The notes beneath the pieces were generated by a model, which had not been told where the DNA came from, did not search any database, and worked only from the letters and a program-made list of their open reading frames with translations. DNA of 63,340 nucleotides, the filler included, from Phoronis australis (Eukaryota; Animalia; Phoronida): NCBI GenBank assembly GCA_002633005.1. It is 8 parts of 8 records of this genome, joined end to end, with 100 filler letters (N's around TTAATTAATTAA, not from the genome) between each part and the next. Parts side by side here need not be neighbours in the genome. Positions count along the whole stretch, not along the records: positions 54,679 to 61,224 come from NMRA01002148.1; positions 61,325 to 63,340 come from NMRA01003889.1; 6 more parts are not named here. One strand, given 5' to 3'. Positions within the stretch are counted from its first letter, which is position 1; each line of letters begins with the position of its first letter. Shown piece after piece: positions 59,041 to 63,340 of the stretch. The translations under genes were made by a program, and so were the position numbers.

Positions 59041-60339
59041 GTACCCCGCCAACTTCGCCATGTGCTGGCGTACTAGAGGACAGGTTCATGCAGACGATTA
59101 GGGGACGCTTTATGTTTCTGACAGTCATAAGTTACCAACTACCACTTTGAACGCCCGAGAGGTCCCCAAAAGTAGCATGTAAATGGATCAACCAACAAAA
59201 CAGGAGATAGGTTTGTTATCTAATTTTTCGGTAAAATGATGTGCACGTTTTTTTAATTTTCGAATCGAAAAAGATCGTTAAATATGTTGTCCATCCATTG
59301 CATGCTTTGGTTGTGTATTGGTGGATTGACATGAATGTGATGTGTGCGTTTCCATTATTTTAGTACAGTACAGATAACTTCAATATGCAATCCTAGTGTC
59401 GTTGATCAAAAAGCAGACATTTCACTACCGTGTTTCCTTGCACTGAGAAAATCCCGCTGACTTGCATGATCCCAAATTATTCGGTAAAAGTCTTCTCTTG
59501 TATTTTATTGCCAATGGTGCACCTCCTCGCACACTTCATACGAGCAACAAACTTGATGGAAGAGATTTCCAAGATTACATTTCTCTATTACCAGAACTCA
59601 CTGTTGCGAAACAGTGCTCACAAGTCTGACAGTTTACTAGATCTGCTAATGAGGTGGAACTGACATCTATGAACTATTGTATTTGTGACCATTTAGTAAC
59701 CATGTGCAAAAGTTGAATAGTTCCCAAAAACATTGATGCTGTTTGCAAATGAACTCAGTTCCAATCACTCACAATCGCGATTCTTGAATATAAAAGGACT
59801 CCTTTTCAAACAAGGACAACATCCGGGGCACGGAGACAATTTTTTTATATGTGGGTGGCAGCGGATTTTGGTCGGCTTTAAGTTTGGGAAGACAGGATGT
59901 GACTCTCGGACTTGGTGAAGACTGGCTTGCATAGGGTAACCTTCTACATATTTAGTTCCGACCCGGCCATGCCCGTGCCTTTTTCAGTGTTGCGTTGGGA
60001 AATGATGCGATCTTGACATTGATTCGGTGAATGTATCGTGTTTAATAATTCATCAATATTCCTGCTTCATGTTCTTTTTAAAATGCAAGTACACATTCAT
60101 TTTTCCGTTTACATAAGAAATGCTTTGGAGCCCACTTTCGCATGCACAAGAAACCCCAAAAAGTTAAAGTGTATTACCTTCTTCTTCTTCCGGTTTCAAC
60201 AAAAGATCTAAATACCGACCCTTATATGTTGGTGCACGTTAGTGATTAAGCAAACAAAGTGCTGGTTAGCGCCATGATAAAAACAAGTTTTATTATTTAC
60301 TGAGTGATGTTGATGTTTAGGATGCCACTCTTGAACATC

Positions 60340-61224
60340 TGATGAGATGGCACGTTGTTAGAATCTATTCCAGAGTAAAATAGTAGATTGGAAGAAAGAG
60401 TTTGCGGAATATGCATTGCGATAGTTCTCTCAAAGGTATGAGAGTGACAATTACGCGATCTAGAAATATGAAGTGGTGGAAGGTACTGTATGTGTGGGGA
60501 ATGGCAACCAGGTTGTGTACGGCCTTGTACATGAGGGACACTTTATTTCTTGAAGAGTGGGCCATTGCAGAGTGGTAAGCATAGACGAAACAGGGGAGTA
60601 TCTGGAGTGGTCATTTAGGACGAACCTGGCTGCTTTACGCTGTAGTCTTTCTATCTTGCCAATATTGGAGTGAGTGGAGGCATTCTAGACAGAGGAGGAA
60701 TATTCAAGTTTGGTCCTCACTAGTGAAGTAAAATTGTATACATTAATTAACTTATTTATTTCATTTTCACTCATCTGTACATATCATTGTTCGTTATTTA
60801 TTTATTTATTTTATTTATCTATTTTTTGTAATTTCGAGGACCATGTGGTAGATAAGTTTTACACTTAACATGTTTTTTATCCTCTATAAACAAAGTTATT
60901 TATTAAGTTTAGGCCAAGGCTTTTGTTTCATGAGCTTCATATTTGAGGTTCCGCACGGTTTAATGAAACCAAGGGTTCTGTTTGCCTTAGAGCTGACTGT
61001 GTCAATGTGAATGTTCCATGATAAATTATTGGTAAGAGTGATCCCAAGGTAGGGGGCTTGGTTTAACCATTTGAGCGGTGAGTTGTGAAGACTTTGATTG
61101 CATATTATGGGGGAAAGTTTTCTATGGACACTGACGTTGAATATTTCATTTGGAAACGTTGAGATCCGTTGTCCAGGATTTATTCCCAAGAGCCTAGGGA
61201 GTCTTTTCTGAAGTATTTGGCAAT
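60340..61224 (-). mobile_element. CR1/L2-group LINE reverse transcriptase 3' fragment, interrupted by an AT-rich insertion (~60735-60960)
   Basis: YLGITLTNNLSWNIHID...KANRTLGFI, SLVRTKLEYSSSV, LQRKAARFV, LMYKAVHNLVAIP. Confidence 0.85.
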
Positions 61225-61324
61225 NNNNNNNNNNNNNNNNNNNNNNNNNNNNNNNNNNNNNNNNNNNNTTAATTAATTAANNNNNNNNNNNNNNNNNNNN
61301 NNNNNNNNNNNNNNNNNNNNNNNN

Positions 61325-61820
61325 TAGGTTTCACAGGCTATCAGTTCGAACTGGAATACACTGATCAAGAAATACTAGAGAGGCGCCATGAACATGCACC
61401 GGCAACGGAACGTATAGATAGCTCTTTGGTAAGCCGGAATTTGTCAGAGAAATCACTGTCGACGAAATGCCGGCCACAGTCACGGAGATGTTTCACGGCC
61501 TCATTGCTATTAAGAGCCTACCTTCATTCTTCACTATCGCGAGCCACTTCCTCAGCATTTCGGGCTCTTGAGGAAGTTGAAAAAACGATATACCTGCTTG
61601 CTTCGCAGCTTCATAGTTCGGACAAGCGAGAACGATGCACCGCAATATAGCGGCAATCACTCTGCAGACGAACCACTGACGTTGCTGCGTCGTTTCTCAC
61701 CTTCCTCACAGGTTAACGCGACACCTCTTGGCAAGGTGAGGTCGACCGTATAACAGGCGATGTGGATATAGACTGATTAAGACGGTAAAGCAGACTAATT
61801 AAATCAGGTGGCATTCTCCT
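61325..61820 (-). mobile_element. Second THAP-domain (Kolobok-like) element, 5' end
   Basis: TTAA|AGGAGAATGCCACC terminus, then RCIVLACPN...FFQLPQEPEMLRKWL...CGRHFVDSDF (frameshifted) at ~61410-61645. Confidence 0.7.
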
Positions 61821-61968
61821 TTAATGCAACCAATGTTCTTCATTTGGTAATTAGGAATGCTAGCTCACAAAGAACCAAGACAAAGAGTTCCACCCCGAAA
61901 CAAAGCAAAACCAAATGGTTTTCAAAGATGGCGTTGTGTGAGGTTTTAAGCTCTCGACGTTTTCCTAC

Positions 61969-62083
61969 CTCCTTGGTGTCCCAGATAGCCAGCCCGTCAG
62001 AGTAGAGCACCAACAGTTTATGATTGCCCCGCCCCGGGGCAAACTTGATCTTCTTAATCCAGCCCTTGTGCGTGGGTACAGTT
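61969..62083 (-). CDS. WDR11: WD repeat-containing protein 11, internal exon
   Basis: TVPTHKGWIKKIKFAPGRGNHKLLVLYSDGLAIWDTKE closely resembles vertebrate WDR11; TGCAG acceptor, GTAGGA donor. Confidence 0.9.
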
Positions 62084-62226
62084 CTGCACAAGACAACAAA
62101 ACACACATTATCATTATCATTAGTATCACATTCATTACATCAAACAAATGCATGTATAATTTTTGGTGAGAACTTGCCAAGGAAAGAAGTTCAGCATTTT
62201 CAGAGACTCTCTTTTGGTAAATGTAT

Positions 62227-62466
62227 CCATATGTNACATCACACATTGCCCATATGTACATCACACACTGTCCATATGTACATCACACACTGTCCATATG
62301 TACATCACACACTGTCCATATGTACATCACACACTGTCCATATGTACATCACACTCTGTACATATGTACATCACACACTGTCCATATGTACATAATACAC
62401 TTTCCATATGTACATCACACATAGTCCATATATATACATCACACATTGCCCATATGTACATCACAC
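62227..62466. repeat. 22-bp minisatellite (CATATGTACATCACACACTGTC)n, ~11 copies, in a WDR11 intron
   Basis: Direct reading. Confidence 0.95.
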
Positions 62467-62677
62467 TTTGTCATAAAACAACAAAATATCACACATGGAC
62501 CATGGATACATTCTTATTCATGTGCCAAACAAGGAAAGCAGTATTAGACAAATCTCAACAGAACATGGTAGTAGTCCATTGAAAACATTAGTCAATATCA
62601 TAGAGTGGCATCAGACAAATATCCTGGTCACGATACTGTCATCATTGTCAAGTCGACTCATGACTACATTTACTTAC

Positions 62678-62784
62678 TTGGAGACCCTGGCCTTCAGATC
62701 CCACATGTTCAAGTTCCCATCCACGTCACCCAGCACCATAGTGTCGCCCTTCCAAGCAATACATGTGATAGAACCCATGTTACT
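62678..62784 (-). CDS. WDR11: WD repeat-containing protein 11, internal exon
   Basis: SNMGSITCIAWKGDTMVLGDVDGNLNMWDLKARVS; TTGCAG acceptor, GTAAGT donor; phase 2 joins 62083. Confidence 0.92.
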
Positions 62785-63287
62785 CTGCAAAGTATTGCAT
62801 CTTTAAATAAATGGTGTCAGATGGGTTTAGTGAATGAGTCATTCTGTTACAGGCCAAGGGCAGAGTGATTAAAAAAGTACATGGAACGGTCACTTAGGAC
62901 AACTGAACTTGCAACTTGATCGTTTTCAGATTAAATTACTTTGTTTAAATGATGCTCACCTCACGACAAACATCAACATTGTTAATGGGTAAGTTCCCTA
63001 TGAGCTGTGACACCAATTGAAATGTGTGCTCACTTGACATGTGCACACTTAAGGTAAATGCAATTTGATTTGTGCGTTAATAAGTACAAGCCTTGAGTAC
63101 TGCCAGAGTTGTTCAAGCAAGTCAAGGGTCACATGCCAAGGGTCACAGTGTTTGAGTACAGTGTTATCAGTTCAGCAGCTACATAAAGGATAGAGACATT
63201 TGGTGACTTTCAACACAAATTATCATCTGATAATAAATATGTGTGCATCTGAAAAGAACACCTGAGCAGGAGTTAGTTAGAATCAAC

Positions 63288-63292
<5 letters not shown>

Positions 63293-63325
<33 letters not shown>

Positions 63326-63340
63326 CCTCCCTCTCTCCCT
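63293..63340. repeat. (CT)n/(CCCT)n microsatellite
   Basis: Direct reading. Confidence 0.95.

Noticed and set aside
62024-62582. His/Cys/Thr-rich repetitive ORFs
   Set aside because: Translations of the 22-bp minisatellite, antisense within a WDR11 intron.

Overview
This is intron-rich, repeat-rich animal (probably marine invertebrate) genomic DNA, not prokaryotic. Seven 100-bp linkers (N44-TTAATTAATTAA-N44) split the window into eight segments whose true adjacency is unproven. Segment 1 (1-27554) holds a complete 11-exon polypeptide N-acetylgalactosaminyltransferase gene (minus strand, 4700-25953, 635 aa) that I reconstructed with phase-consistent GT-AG introns. Other segments carry gene fragments: two complement C3/TEP-like exons, a sushi/CCP exon, a Ser/Thr-rich GPI-like terminal exon, an orphan Thr-rich exon and two WDR11 exons. 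The rest is a diverse, decayed transposon landscape: THAP/Kolobok-like, Academ-like, Sola3-like, hAT, IS3EU-like, Gypsy, CR1, LOA/R1-like, Penelope-like, a tRNA-derived SINE and many MITEs. I found no clearly novel coding system. The most interesting signals are (i) 6-bp insertions that create TACATGTA/TAGGCCTA at TA sites, probably excision footprints, (ii) a group of CA...TG MITEs with 5-bp TSDs, (iii) a foldback MITE carrying a Pol III SINE head, (iv) MITE ends with ~11-bp phased motif arrays, and (v) a THAP element whose inverted repeat duplicates its own start region. All family assignments come from recalled motifs, not database searches.
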